The notes under the pieces were generated by a model. It did no database searches, had not been told where the DNA came from, and saw only the letters and a program-made list of their open reading frames with translations. Positions 1 through 9,461 of a DNA stretch of 64,000 nt are shown piece by piece. The first letter of the stretch is position 1; every line of letters starts with the position of its first letter. A program made the translations under genes and the position numbers. This DNA comes from an uncultured Acidobacteriota bacterium (GTDB lineage: Bacteria > Acidobacteriota > Thermoanaerobaculia > Gp7-AA8): the NCBI GenBank assembly GCA_963822445.1, contig CAWGHO010000002.1:2048001-2112000 (forward strand), given 5' to 3'.

Positions 1-453
1 GAGAAGCAGAAGGTCAAGCGCATTTACGGACTGCTCGAGAATCAGTTCCGCATCTACTTCCACCGCGCGGCGGCCCGCACCGGCGTCACCGGTGACAACC
101 TGCTCCGCCAGCTCGAGCTCCGCCTCGACAACGTGGTCTACTCCCTCGGCTTCGCCGCCTCCCGAGCCCAGGCCCGGCAGCTCGTCCGCCACGGCCACAT
201 CGAGGTCAACGGCAAGAAGATCAACATCCCGTCCTATCAGGTCCGCAAGAGCGACGTGATCCAGGTCCGGGAAAAGAGCCGCAAGAACGATCAGATCCGC
301 CAGGCCGTCGAAACGGCTGCCGGACGCGGCGTTCCCCAGTGGCTCCAGCTCGAGCCCGATCAGTTCCGGGGCACGGTCACGGACCTTCCCAAGCGCGAAG
401 ACATCCGTCTCCCGATCCAGGAACAGCTCATCGTCGAGCTCTACTCGAAGTAA
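1..453 (+). CDS. rpsD: 30S ribosomal protein S4 (5'-truncated by window edge)
   Basis: Open from base 1: [16 protein letters not shown]...[29 protein letters not shown]...[10 protein letters not shown]; upstream of rpoA. Confidence 0.97.
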   Translation, partial: EKQKVKRIYGLLENQFRIYFHRAAARTGVTGDNLLRQLELRLDNVVYSLGFAASRAQARQLVRHGHIEVNGKKINIPSYQVRKSDVIQVREKSRKNDQIRQAVETAAGRGVPQWLQLEPDQFRGTVTDLPKREDIRLPIQEQLIVELYSK

Positions 454-468
454 TCCAATCTCGATGTC

Positions 469-497
469 GCATGGACGCGCACTCCGCGCGTCCATGC
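469..497. repeat. 12-bp perfect hairpin between rpsD and rpoA
   Basis: GCATGGACGCGC-actcc-GCGCGTCCATGC; no U-tract follows. Confidence 0.7.
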
Positions 498-526
498 GCC
501 GTCTCACGCACGAGGAGGCCGCTCCC

Positions 527-1513
527 ATGATGTGGTCAGATTTTCAGAAACCCAAAAAGCTCGATTACGATCCCGAGACTCTCACCCCTAACTACGGACG
601 TTTCACCGCGCAGCCGTTCGAGCGCGGCTTCGGCACGACCATCGGCAACGCGCTCCGCCGCGTTCTGCTGTCGTCCATCGAAGGGGCGGCCATCACCGCC
701 GTCCGCGTCGAAGGCGTGCTCCACGAGTTCTCGTCCCTGCAGGGCGTGGTCGAGGACATGACGGACGTCGTCCTCAACCTCAAGCAGGTCCCCTTCAAGC
801 TGCACGGCAGCGGTCCCAAAACCCTTTACCTCGAGAAGCGCGGCCCGGGCGTCGTCACCGCCGCCGACTTCGAAGAGGACCCGGACATCGAGATCCTCGA
901 CCCGACGGCGCACATCGCCACGCTGTCGAAGGAAGGCTCGCTCAAGCTCGAGGCCCGTCTCAAGAAGGGCCGCGGCTACGTCGTCGCCGACCGCAACGCC
1001 GACACGGATCTCCCGCTCGGCTACATCCCGGTCGACTCGATCCACTCGCCCGTCCGCCGCGTGAACTATCACGTCGAGGGCGCGCGCGTCGGCCAGATGA
1101 CCGACTACGACAAGCTGATCCTCGAAGTGTGGACCAACGGCGCGGTCTCGCCGCAGGAGGCGATCAGCCTGGCCGCCGAGCTGCTCGGCGATCACCTGCG
1201 CATCTTCAGCGCGTTCGAAACGCGTCTCGAGGACCGCGAGGAAGCGGCGGCGCCTGAAGTCGATCCGCGCCTGGCCGAGATGCTGGCCAAGCCGATCGAG
1301 GAGCTCGACCTTTCCGTCCGCTCCGCCAACTGCCTCAAGAACGCCAACATCCGCACCCTCGGCGACCTCGTACAGCGCACCGAGCGCGAGATGCTGTCCA
1401 CCAAGAACTTCGGCCGCAAGTCGCTCGACGAGATCAAAGACGTTCTCGCCAGCCTGGGCCTGTCGTTCGGCATGACGCGCGTCCCGGCCGGCAGCCGCGA
1501 CATGCGCGATTAA
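527..1513 (+). CDS. rpoA: DNA-directed RNA polymerase subunit alpha
   Basis: [24 protein letters not shown] and alpha-[18 protein letters not shown]...NFGRKSL; GAGGAGG RBS before ATG 527 (ORF track start 464 is too early). Confidence 0.98.
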   Translation: MMWSDFQKPKKLDYDPETLTPNYGRFTAQPFERGFGTTIGNALRRVLLSSIEGAAITAVRVEGVLHEFSSLQGVVEDMTDVVLNLKQVPFKLHGSGPKTLYLEKRGPGVVTAADFEEDPDIEILDPTAHIATLSKEGSLKLEARLKKGRGYVVADRNADTDLPLGYIPVDSIHSPVRRVNYHVEGARVGQMTDYDKLILEVWTNGAVSPQEAISLAAELLGDHLRIFSAFETRLEDREEAAAPEVDPRLAEMLAKPIEELDLSVRSANCLKNANIRTLGDLVQRTEREMLSTKNFGRKSLDEIKDVLASLGLSFGMTRVPAGSRDMRD

Positions 1514-1526
1514 GTGAGGGATTGAG

Positions 1527-2093
1527 ATGAGACACGGAAACGCAAACCGCAAGCTCGGCCGCACGTCGAGCCATCGCAACGCGATGTTCCGCAATCAGCT
1601 CGCCTCGCTCATCGAGGCCGAGCGGATCGTGACCACGCTTCCGAAGGCGAAAGAGCTCCGCCCGATCGCCGAGAAGCTGATCACCCTGGCCAAGACCGAC
1701 AGCGTGCACGCGCGCCGTCAGGCCGCCCGCCAGGTTCCCGATGACGCCCTGATCGCGAAGCTGTTCGACACCATCGGCCCGCGCTTTTCCACCCGCCCGG
1801 GTGGCTACACGCGGATCATGAAGCTCGGCGCCCGCCGCGGCGATGCCGCGGAGATGGCGATTCTCGAGCTGGTCGAGCGCTCCGCCGACAAGACCGAAGC
1901 GAAGGCTGAGACTCCGGCCGCTCCGGCCAAGACCCGCGGCGCCAAGAAGGCCGCCGCTCCGAAGGTCGAAGAGCCCGAGGCCGAAGAGAAGCCGAAGAAG
2001 AAGACGTCTGCGAAGAAGGCCGCTCCCAAGAAAAAGGAAGCCAAGCCCGCTGACGAGAAGCCGAAGAAACCGGCCAAGAAAAAGGAAAAGTAA
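1527..2093 (+). CDS. rplQ: 50S ribosomal protein L17 with Lys/Ala/Pro/Glu-rich C-terminal extension
   Basis: [17 protein letters not shown]...[10 protein letters not shown]...[14 protein letters not shown]. Confidence 0.97.
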   Translation: MRHGNANRKLGRTSSHRNAMFRNQLASLIEAERIVTTLPKAKELRPIAEKLITLAKTDSVHARRQAARQVPDDALIAKLFDTIGPRFSTRPGGYTRIMKLGARRGDAAEMAILELVERSADKTEAKAETPAAPAKTRGAKKAAAPKVEEPEAEEKPKKKTSAKKAAPKKKEAKPADEKPKKPAKKKEK

Positions 2094-2100
2094 CTTCCTC

Positions 2101-2130
2101 GAAAAAGCCCGCCACCCGGCGGGCTTTTTC
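2101..2130. terminator. Bidirectional intrinsic terminator
   Basis: GAAAAAGCCCGCC-accc-GGCGGGCTTTTTC between convergent rplQ and M28 peptidase genes. Confidence 0.9.
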
Positions 2131-3928
2131 ATTTGAGCTCGATCACAAGCTCCTCGACGTTCAGGGCGTAAACCCATTCCGGTTTGCGCGGGCGGCGGCG
2201 CGTGGGAGCGGCGGGCGTCACGCCGTTCACTTTGGCGACCTCGCCGGCGATGGTCACGCGCAGATTCGCGGGACCTTCGAGCGAGCGGACGCGAATCACT
2301 TTCCCGTTCCGAGTCTGCTGCACGCGCGGTTCTTTCGGGGTGGGCCTTTCGTAGCGCGGACGCTCCTTTGTGTAGGTGGGCAGCGCCAACGCAATCACCG
2401 CGGAAACAACGGCTAGCGCGGCGACGACGCTTGCGAATCGGAACAGCGGTGCGATCCAGACTGCGACGAACGCGATGAGCACTGCAACGACGGACATCAG
2501 CCCTCCACCCAGCGCGTCGTAGAGCACGAGGCCCATCGGGAAAATGACGATGGCCGCGCCGGTCGCCGCAATCGCGCTGAGGGTCGTGTCATTCGCACGA
2601 GCCAGCGCGCAGATCGTCACTAGCACGGCCGGCACGAGGAAGAGGAAGCTCGGTCCGGGAAGGGTGAGCGCGAGCACGACCGCCGCCGCGTGAAACACCA
2701 TCGCCGCGCCGAAGATCATCGCGCGCTCATTTGATTTCTTGCGGAACAGTGCAACGGCGAACAGCGCCGCGGCCAGGCCGGTCAGCCACATCGCGATCAC
2801 CGAAGGCGCGGGATAGGCGACCCAGTTCGCGTCGCCGCTTCGCAGGCGCGCGAGCCAGGACACGGCAAACCCGCCGATCGCGGCGAACAAGATCGTCGCG
2901 AAGGTCGTCAGCACGCCGAACGTCATCGCCCGGGGCTCGGTCTTTCGTGCGCCGAAGAGAAGCAGGGTGAGACTGAGGAGCGCGATCCAGATCGTCCAGC
3001 TCGCGGGCCACCAGATCAGAAAAAATCCGAGGACGTCGAAGTAGACGGCGTCTTCACGGCTGCGCGCGGCGAGGTCGGCATTCACGAGCACGTGCAGCAT
3101 CGCCAGCGCGTTCTCCCGATGATGCTGCAGCGTGCGCGGGCTGGCGTGCCCGAGGTCGTCGAGCGGCGTGTGGTACCAGTGCACGCCGCGGATGGCGGCG
3201 AAGTTGATCACCGCCTTCCCGTCTCGCTTGAAGACCGAAACGTCGGTGTCGTTGGGAAGCAGGTCGTAAACGGTCTGGTAAAGCGAGGTTGCCTGCGGCC
3301 GCGGTAATGCCGAGGAGAGATGACGGATCAGCCAGCGATTGCCGCGGCTGGTCTCGAACATGTTGCTCGTGCCGTAGGTGCCGCGGTTCTCGACGTTGAC
3401 GATCGCCGCGACCTCGCGCATGAGCGCAGGATCGGCAGCAAAAGCCTCGGCACCGAGCAGTCCCGCCTCTTCGCCGTCGGTGATCAGAAAGACTACGTCG
3501 TTGCGGAAGCGCTGGCCGCGCACTTCACGGGCGATCTCGAGAAGCGCCGCGACGCCCATTGCGTCGTCCGAGGCGCCCGGTCCGGCGCGGACGGAGTCGT
3601 AGTGCGCGGCGAGCATGACCGCCTGACCGGAGCCTTGTCCGCGCGAGCGGGCGATGACGTTCTCGACCGTGGCGCAGGTGATGCGCGCGTTGCAGACGAA
3701 GCGGCGCTGGATTGTCGTTTCGTACCCTAAGTCGCGGAAGCGCTGGAGGATGCGGTCGCGGACGCGCGCGTTCTCTGCCGAGCCCAGCGGGTGCGGCTTT
3801 CCGTCGGCCACGAGCTCGCGAAGCACGGTCATGGCCCGGTCGTCAGCGGGGGCGGGGCCGTACGAGCGCCAGATCGCGACGGTCAGGACGGCCAGCAGCG
3901 GCAGGGCGATCGCGGTCAGACGGCGCAT
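2129..3928 (-). CDS. M28 family metallopeptidase with multi-pass membrane C-terminal half
   Basis: AAHYDSV, GASDD, DGEEAGLLGA, NVENRG, YHTPLD zinc-ligand motifs followed by about 8 hydrophobic helices. Confidence 0.9.
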   Translation of the reverse strand: MRRLTAIALPLLAVLTVAIWRSYGPAPADDRAMTVLRELVADGKPHPLGSAENARVRDRILQRFRDLGYETTIQRRFVCNARITCATVENVIARSRGQGSGQAVMLAAHYDSVRAGPGASDDAMGVAALLEIAREVRGQRFRNDVVFLITDGEEAGLLGAEAFAADPALMREVAAIVNVENRGTYGTSNMFETSRGNRWLIRHLSSALPRPQATSLYQTVYDLLPNDTDVSVFKRDGKAVINFAAIRGVHWYHTPLDDLGHASPRTLQHHRENALAMLHVLVNADLAARSREDAVYFDVLGFFLIWWPASWTIWIALLSLTLLLFGARKTEPRAMTFGVLTTFATILFAAIGGFAVSWLARLRSGDANWVAYPAPSVIAMWLTGLAAALFAVALFRKKSNERAMIFGAAMVFHAAAVVLALTLPGPSFLFLVPAVLVTICALARANDTTLSAIAATGAAIVIFPMGLVLYDALGGGLMSVVAVLIAFVAVWIAPLFRFASVVAALAVVSAVIALALPTYTKERPRYERPTPKEPRVQQTRNGKVIRVRSLEGPANLRVTIAGEVAKVNGVTPAAPTRRRPRKPEWVYALNVEELVIELK

Positions 3929-3978
3929 CGGGGGATTGTCTCGCAACTCTTCGGCGGTGCCTTCGTAATCACTGAATC

Positions 3979-4755
3979 ATGAAGAGCTTCCTCGCCGCCG
4001 CCGCGCTCCTCCTCGCCACCACCGCGTCCGCCGCCGAGCTCACGGAGACGATCGACAAGACCTTCGACGTGAAGCCGGGCGCGCACGTCGTTCTCAACAA
4101 CGTGAACGGCGGGATCACCGTGAGCTCCTGGAATCAGCCGCGGGTTCGCGTGATTGCCGTGAAGAAAGTCGAAGGCGGCCGCAAGATCGCCCAGGAAGCG
4201 ATGAAGGAGTTGCGTGTGGAGATGCAGCCGCGCAACGGCGGGCTGGTCGTGAAGACGCAGTACCCCGAGGATCAAGGCATCTCGTCGTTCTTCGACTGGC
4301 TCACCGGCAACGACGCGAGCGCGCAGGTCCGCTACGAGCTCACGGTGCCGAAGTCGATGAACCTCGACATCTCCAACACCAACGGCGGGATCACCGTGAA
4401 CGACGTCACCGGGAAGCACGATCTCGACACGACGAACGGCCGCATCACCGCCGTGCGCTGCGCGGGATCGCTCGATGCCTCGACCACCAACGGCCGCATC
4501 AACGCGGAGCTGGTGCGGGTGACGCCGGGCCAGGACATCCGGCTCTCGACGACGAACGGCGGGATTACCGTGGCCGTGCCGTCGAACTTCGCCGGCGAGC
4601 TCGATGCCGGCACGACCAACGGCTCGATCCACACCGACTTCCCCGTTACGACCACGCGCGGCGACAACAATCGCCTGCGCGGCACGGTCAACGGCGGCGG
4701 CGCGCACCTGAAACTGCGCACGACCAACGGCGGGATTCAGATCAAGAAGTTGTAG
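3979..4755 (+). CDS. Secreted DUF4097-type beta-strand repeat (adhesin-like) protein
   Basis: Signal peptide and repeated (T/N)TNG(G/R/S)I motifs. Confidence 0.85.
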   Translation: MKSFLAAAALLLATTASAAELTETIDKTFDVKPGAHVVLNNVNGGITVSSWNQPRVRVIAVKKVEGGRKIAQEAMKELRVEMQPRNGGLVVKTQYPEDQGISSFFDWLTGNDASAQVRYELTVPKSMNLDISNTNGGITVNDVTGKHDLDTTNGRITAVRCAGSLDASTTNGRINAELVRVTPGQDIRLSTTNGGITVAVPSNFAGELDAGTTNGSIHTDFPVTTTRGDNNRLRGTVNGGGAHLKLRTTNGGIQIKKL

Positions 4756-4820
4756 GAGTGCGGCGGCAGAGCCGCCGCTTTGGGACGTACCAAAGCGGTA
4801 GCTCCGCTACCGCACTCCTA
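4753..4820. repeat. REP doublet (REPIN-like) palindromic element, GGAGTGCGG family
   Basis: TAGGAGTGCGG...CCGCACTCCTA terminal inverted repeat; each half has its own hairpin (GCGGCGGC-aga-GCCGCCGC; GCGGTAGC-tcc-GCTACCGC) joined by CTTTGG-gacgta-CCAAAG. Confidence 0.8.
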
Positions 4821-4964
4821 AACGCCGCCGATGGCGGGCGTCGGTGCACACGCGGCCGCGCACTCGCCGAATCGTGAGGACGATCGCCGGGACCCGCAGA
4901 AACCGCAGGATGTCCACCGGACCGACCGGCGCGACGTTCATCGTCAGCGCTAGGAAGAGAGCCT

Positions 4965-6338
4965 TCACGCCTGTTCGAAGTACCGCTTCCGCTCCCAGTC
5001 CGTGACCACGGCATCGAACTTCCGCTGTTCGGTGCGGAAGAAGTGGAGGTAGTGCTCCACGACGTTCTCGCCGAAGACCTCGCGCGCGAACGCGCTGTTC
5101 TCCAGCGCCGCGATCGACTCGTTCAGCGAATGAGGGACCTGCGGCAATTCGAGCGCGCCGTAAACATCGCCTTCGAATGCCGGCGGCGGCTCGATCTGCT
5201 TCTCGATCCCATCCAGACCCGCGGCGAGTGTCGCGGCGAACGCGAGATAGACGTTCGCGTCCGCGCCGGCGGTGCGGCATTCGATGCGAAGCGATGAGCC
5301 GTGGCCGACGATGCGGAAGCCGGCCGTGCGATTGTCGTAACTCCAGGCGATCCCCGTCGGCGCGAAGGAACCGGCCACGTATCGCTTGTACGACGACGGA
5401 TACGGCGCATAGAACGGGAACAGCTCGCGGATGTGGGCCATCCATCCGCCGAGGAACCAGCGGAAGAGCGGGGAGCACTTGATCGGGCCGAGGGAGTCGT
5501 CGCCTTTGAAGAGAGGCTTGCCGTCCTTCGTCCAGAGACTCGCGTGAATGTGGCAGCTCGAGCCGGCGTAACGCTCGTCCCACTTGGCCATGAACGTGAC
5601 CGAGCGGCCGTTCTGCCAGGCGATCTCTTTCGCGGCGTGTTTGTAGATCGAGTGCCGGTCGGCCATCTCCAGCAGGTCCGCGTAACGAAGGCCGATCTCC
5701 TGCTGTCCCGGTCCCCATTCGCCTTTTGATGATTCGACGGGGACGCCTGATTTCTCCAGATGACGGCGGATCGCGCCGATCAGGAACTCTTCCTTCGTGC
5801 CCTGGAAGATGTGGTAATCCTCGATCAGTCTCCCGATCGGCTCGATGTTGACGAAGCTCTTCTTCGCCACCTCTTCGTACGAATCCTTGAACACGTACAG
5901 CTCGAGCTCCGACGCCCCCATGGCCACATAGCCCATCTCGTCCGCGCGGGCGAGCTGTCTCCGCAGAATGCTGCGCGGCGCGTACGGCACGAGCTCGTTC
6001 GCTTCCTCTTCGTACACGTCGCACAGCACGATCGCTGTTTTGTCCAGCCACGAGGCAACACGGAGCGTGTTGAAGTCGGGCACGGGACGAAAGTCGCCGT
6101 AGCCTTTCGCCCAGCTGGTGAACTGGTAGCCGGGCACGGGATCCATGTCCATGTCGCAAGCCAGCAGGTAATCGCACGCGTGAATCGCCCCCTCGGCCAC
6201 TTCATCGATGAAGAACCGGCCGACGATGCGCTTGCCGACCAGGCGGCCGTACATGTCGGGGAAGACCACCAGCACGGTCTCGATGTCGTTGTTGACGACC
6301 AGCCGCTTGAGCTCTTTGAGGTCGATTCGTCCCTGCAT
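4965..6338 (-). CDS. Glutamine synthetase-like protein (probable gamma-glutamyl-amine ligase)
   Basis: DMYGRLVGKR, SELELY, EWGPGQQEI, TFMAKW, GSSCHIHASL, YDNRTAGFR, RIECRTAGAD; follows an aldehyde dehydrogenase gene. Confidence 0.9.
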   Translation of the reverse strand: MQGRIDLKELKRLVVNNDIETVLVVFPDMYGRLVGKRIVGRFFIDEVAEGAIHACDYLLACDMDMDPVPGYQFTSWAKGYGDFRPVPDFNTLRVASWLDKTAIVLCDVYEEEANELVPYAPRSILRRQLARADEMGYVAMGASELELYVFKDSYEEVAKKSFVNIEPIGRLIEDYHIFQGTKEEFLIGAIRRHLEKSGVPVESSKGEWGPGQQEIGLRYADLLEMADRHSIYKHAAKEIAWQNGRSVTFMAKWDERYAGSSCHIHASLWTKDGKPLFKGDDSLGPIKCSPLFRWFLGGWMAHIRELFPFYAPYPSSYKRYVAGSFAPTGIAWSYDNRTAGFRIVGHGSSLRIECRTAGADANVYLAFAATLAAGLDGIEKQIEPPPAFEGDVYGALELPQVPHSLNESIAALENSAFAREVFGENVVEHYLHFFRTEQRKFDAVVTDWERKRYFEQA

Positions 6339-6341
6339 GAA

Positions 6342-7724
6342 TTACTCGCTGACGTCGATGTAGACCGTTTTCCACTCCGAATAGTGATCGAGGGCCTGGA
6401 GACCGAGCTCGCGTCCGAGGCCGGAGCGTTTCACGCCGCCGAACGGGGCTTCGAGATGCACGCTGCTGCCGGAGTTGATCGAAAGGTTACCCGTTTCCAC
6501 GGCGCGCGCGACGCGCATGGCCCGGCCGATGTCGCGAGTCCAGATCGAGCCGGAGAGTCCGTAGATCGAATCGTTGGCCATGCGCACCCCGTCAGCCTCG
6601 GTATCGAACGGCATCACCGTGACCACGGGACCGAAGATCTCTTCACGCACGATGGTCATGTCCGGTTTCGCGTCGAGGAAGACCGCCGGCTGAAGATACG
6701 AGCCCGGGCCTTCCGGCGTCACTCCGCCGCAGGCGAGCGTCGCGCCTTCTGACTTGCCGCTGTCGATGTACTTCATCACCCGATCGCGATGCGCGGTCGT
6801 CACGAGCGGGCCCATTTCCGTCTCGTCATCGAGCGGATCGCCGACTTTCGTCTCGCCAAACTTCTTCACGAGCGCTTCGGCGAATCGATCGTAGATGCCG
6901 CGCTGCACGAAGATGCGACTGCGCGCGCAGCAGTCCTGGCCGGCGTTGCCGAGGGAGCTCGAGGCCGCGGAGTCGATGGCGCGATCGAAGTCGGCGTCGT
7001 CGAAGATCAGGTTCGGCGACTTGCCGCCGAGCTCCAGCGAAACGCGCTTGATGTCGTCCGCGGCGAGGCGCATCACGTTCATGCCCACTTCCGTCGAGCC
7101 GGTGAAGGCGATCTTGCGAACCAGTGGATGTTTGACCAGCGCTTCGCCGATGACCGAGCCCGATCCGGTGACGACGGAGAAGACTCCGCGAGGCAAACCG
7201 GCTTCGAGCGCGAGCTCCGCGAGGCGCATCGCGGTGAGCGGAGTTTGTTCCGCAGGCTTGAGCACGACCGTGTTACCCATGGCCAGTGCCGGCGCGGTCT
7301 TCCAGGCAGTGATGGCGATGGGGAAGTTCCAGGGAACGATGATTCCGCAGACGCCGACCGGCTCGCGGAAGGAGAGCAGAACGCCTGGTGCGGCCGCGGG
7401 GATGGTCTGGCCGCCGACCTTGTTCGTCGCGCCGGCGTAGTACTCGAACACATTCGCGGCGAGGCCGACTTCGTCGCGCGCATCGCGAATCGGCTTGCCG
7501 ACGTTGCGCGCCTCCATCTTCGCCAGCTCGTCTTTGTTCTGCCGGATGAGGGCCGCGAATTTGTTGAGCAAGCGACCGCGCTCGCGCGTATTGATCTTTC
7601 GCCATTCGCCGCGGAAGGCGCGGTCGGCGTTGCGCACGGCGTGGTCGAGATCATCGACCGACACGCGCGGCACGGTGGTGAGCGGCTCGCCCGTCGCGGG
7701 CTCGATGAGTGTGGTTGTTGGCAC
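6342..7724 (-). CDS. NAD(P)-dependent aldehyde dehydrogenase
   Basis: IVPWNFP, LKPAEQTP, FTGSTEVG, LELGGKSP, GQDCCA, EEIFGPV; GTG start inferred at 7724. Confidence 0.93.
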   Translation of the reverse strand: MPTTTLIEPATGEPLTTVPRVSVDDLDHAVRNADRAFRGEWRKINTRERGRLLNKFAALIRQNKDELAKMEARNVGKPIRDARDEVGLAANVFEYYAGATNKVGGQTIPAAAPGVLLSFREPVGVCGIIVPWNFPIAITAWKTAPALAMGNTVVLKPAEQTPLTAMRLAELALEAGLPRGVFSVVTGSGSVIGEALVKHPLVRKIAFTGSTEVGMNVMRLAADDIKRVSLELGGKSPNLIFDDADFDRAIDSAASSSLGNAGQDCCARSRIFVQRGIYDRFAEALVKKFGETKVGDPLDDETEMGPLVTTAHRDRVMKYIDSGKSEGATLACGGVTPEGPGSYLQPAVFLDAKPDMTIVREEIFGPVVTVMPFDTEADGVRMANDSIYGLSGSIWTRDIGRAMRVARAVETGNLSINSGSSVHLEAPFGGVKRSGLGRELGLQALDHYSEWKTVYIDVSE

Positions 7725-7750
7725 CTCAGCCGTCCTGTGCAAAAACCGCG

Positions 7751-8599
7751 TCAATCCGGCGGCGGCAAATCCGCGGCCGGCTCGCCCTGCATCGTATGCC
7801 ACGCGATCGCGGCCAGCACGATCACGGCGCCAACCATCGCGTACCCCGACGGCCGCTCGCCGAGGAACAGCAGCACCCAAACAGGATTCGCCACCGGCTC
7901 GAGCATCCCCGTCAAAGAAGCCTCGGTAGCAGTGACGTACTTGAGCCCTTTCACGAACGCGGCGTAGGCGAAGCCGATCTGGAACACGCCGAGGAAGAGC
8001 AGTGCGGCGAAGGATTTCGGGGTCAGCGCGAAGTCATTCACTACAGCGGGGACCAGAGCCAGGGCGATGAAGACGTTGCCCCAGGTGACGGCGGCGCGGG
8101 ATGCGTCGTGCTCGCGGCGCAGCGACAGGATCAGCGCGGCGAAGAAGACGCTGGAGAGGAGGGCCATGCCATTCCCGGCCATGCCTTTCGCTTCGAACTT
8201 GCCGACGAAGAAGAGGGCTATCCCGGCCATGGCCACGACGATGGCGATCACGTCGCGGCGCCGCATCGGTTCGCGCAGGACCAGCGGCGAAAACAGCAGT
8301 ACCCAGACCACGCCGGCGTACTGCAGAAAGATCGCGTTCGCGGCAGTCGTCCACTTCGTGGCGATCACGAATGAGGTGAGGCAGGTGCCGTAGCTCACGA
8401 TCGCGGCGATGAACGCTGGCGACCAGCGCAAGCGTACGTGCTTTCGAAAGATGAGGAAAAGCGTGATCGCTGCGAAGACCGATCGATAGAACGTGACTTT
8501 CAGCGCCGGATCGATGACGTACTTGATGCCGATGCCGCCCGTCGACCAGAGCAGCGCGGCGAGGACGATGTAGAGCAGACCTTTTCGGCGATCGGTCAC
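7751..8599 (-). CDS. DMT/EamA family transporter
   Basis: About 10 TM helices, two EamA-like repeats, LEPVANPVWVLLFLGE. Confidence 0.9.
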   Translation of the reverse strand: MTDRRKGLLYIVLAALLWSTGGIGIKYVIDPALKVTFYRSVFAAITLFLIFRKHVRLRWSPAFIAAIVSYGTCLTSFVIATKWTTAANAIFLQYAGVVWVLLFSPLVLREPMRRRDVIAIVVAMAGIALFFVGKFEAKGMAGNGMALLSSVFFAALILSLRREHDASRAAVTWGNVFIALALVPAVVNDFALTPKSFAALLFLGVFQIGFAYAAFVKGLKYVTATEASLTGMLEPVANPVWVLLFLGERPSGYAMVGAVIVLAAIAWHTMQGEPAADLPPPD

Positions 8600-8612
8600 A
8601 GCGCGCGGGAGT

Positions 8613-8879
8613 CTACCGCGCCGCTTCGCGTCTCTTGTGATGAACGGTGATCGCGTATCCGAGGAGGGCGTTGATGACCATCGCGCCGTTCGTCACGGCG
8701 AAGACCCAGTTCCTCACCAGCAGGCTGTAGATGGTGAAGCCGACCGATGCGGCCATCTGTCCAACAAAGAGCCATCGCGAAACACCCGCGCTCGACTTCT
8801 CCCGCCACTGCTTCGCGACCTGATGGCCGAGGGTGACGATGAGGATGAGGGACGCGGCCCAGCCGATGGCGTCTGTCAT
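8613..8879 (-). CDS. PQ-loop/SemiSWEET-like small transporter
   Basis: 88 aa, three TM helices, Q..KQWREKSSAGVS pattern. Confidence 0.7.
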   Translation of the reverse strand: MTDAIGWAASLILIVTLGHQVAKQWREKSSAGVSRWLFVGQMAASVGFTIYSLLVRNWVFAVTNGAMVINALLGYAITVHHKRREAAR

Positions 8880-8883
8880 GGGT

Positions 8884-8956
8884 GGTAGGCGGTATGCGGT
8901 AGGCGGTAGGCGGTGGAACGAGCGCGAGGTCTCCCGCCTACCGCCTACTGCCTACT
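8884..8956. repeat. Inverted heptamer tandem repeats (GGTAGGC)x4 ... (GCCTACY)x3
   Basis: Read directly; one copy is GGTATGC; fills the gap between the receiver gene and the PQ-loop gene. Confidence 0.85.
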
Positions 8957-9404
8957 AATTCGGCATATACGGTCCCCGCTCCATCCGCGAGCGGATCTCG
9001 CTTTCCGTGGGCGGGCAGGGCAGCGGGTCTTCGGGGGGCGGGACGACGTAGGCGCATTCGCGGACGACTTCCGCCATCGTGTCGATTTCCAGCGGTTTGT
9101 TCAGCACCGCGGAGACGAGTGAGGGGTCGAGGAATGCGTCGTTCTTCGGATCGCGAACGGCCATGATGAACGAGGTCGAATCGGGGCGGTGTTCGCGGAA
9201 GGTGGTGATGAAGCGCAGGCCGTCGTCGTCGGGCAGATCGATGTCGACGATGATCAGCGCGTAGTCGCAGCTGCTTACTTTCTGGAGCGCGGCGTCGGCG
9301 GTCTTCACGGTGTCGACGACGAGCGGCTGATGGCGGAGGATCGTGAAGAGCAGAACGCGCAACGCTTCGTTGTGCTCGACGATCAAGACTCTCGGCTCTG
9401 GCAT
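8955..9404 (-). CDS. Stand-alone response regulator receiver protein (atypical)
   Basis: VLIVEHN, LIIVDIDLP, LNKPL; Pro/Cys-containing C-terminal tail. Confidence 0.8.
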   Translation of the reverse strand: MPEPRVLIVEHNEALRVLLFTILRHQPLVVDTVKTADAALQKVSSCDYALIIVDIDLPDDDGLRFITTFREHRPDSTSFIMAVRDPKNDAFLDPSLVSAVLNKPLEIDTMAEVVRECAYVVPPPEDPLPCPPTESEIRSRMERGPYMPN

Positions 9405-9461
9405 CTGTATGACGTCCTTTTGTCGACTACCTAAAGTCCAAAAGACGTGCCACAGCGAGCG

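Noticed and set aside
536-1594. Long antisense ORFs here and opposite many genes (e.g. 17250-18542, 27456-28979, 48284-49897)
   Set aside because: Shadow ORFs expected from high-GC codon bias; they overlap well-supported genes and show no recognisable motifs.
1880-2093. L17 low-complexity tail as a novel domain
   Set aside because: Lys/Ala-rich L17 extensions are known in several phyla.
4965-6338. Calling this gene glnA
   Set aside because: Context and sequence fit the GS-like gamma-glutamyl ligases better; specificity cannot be read from the sequence.
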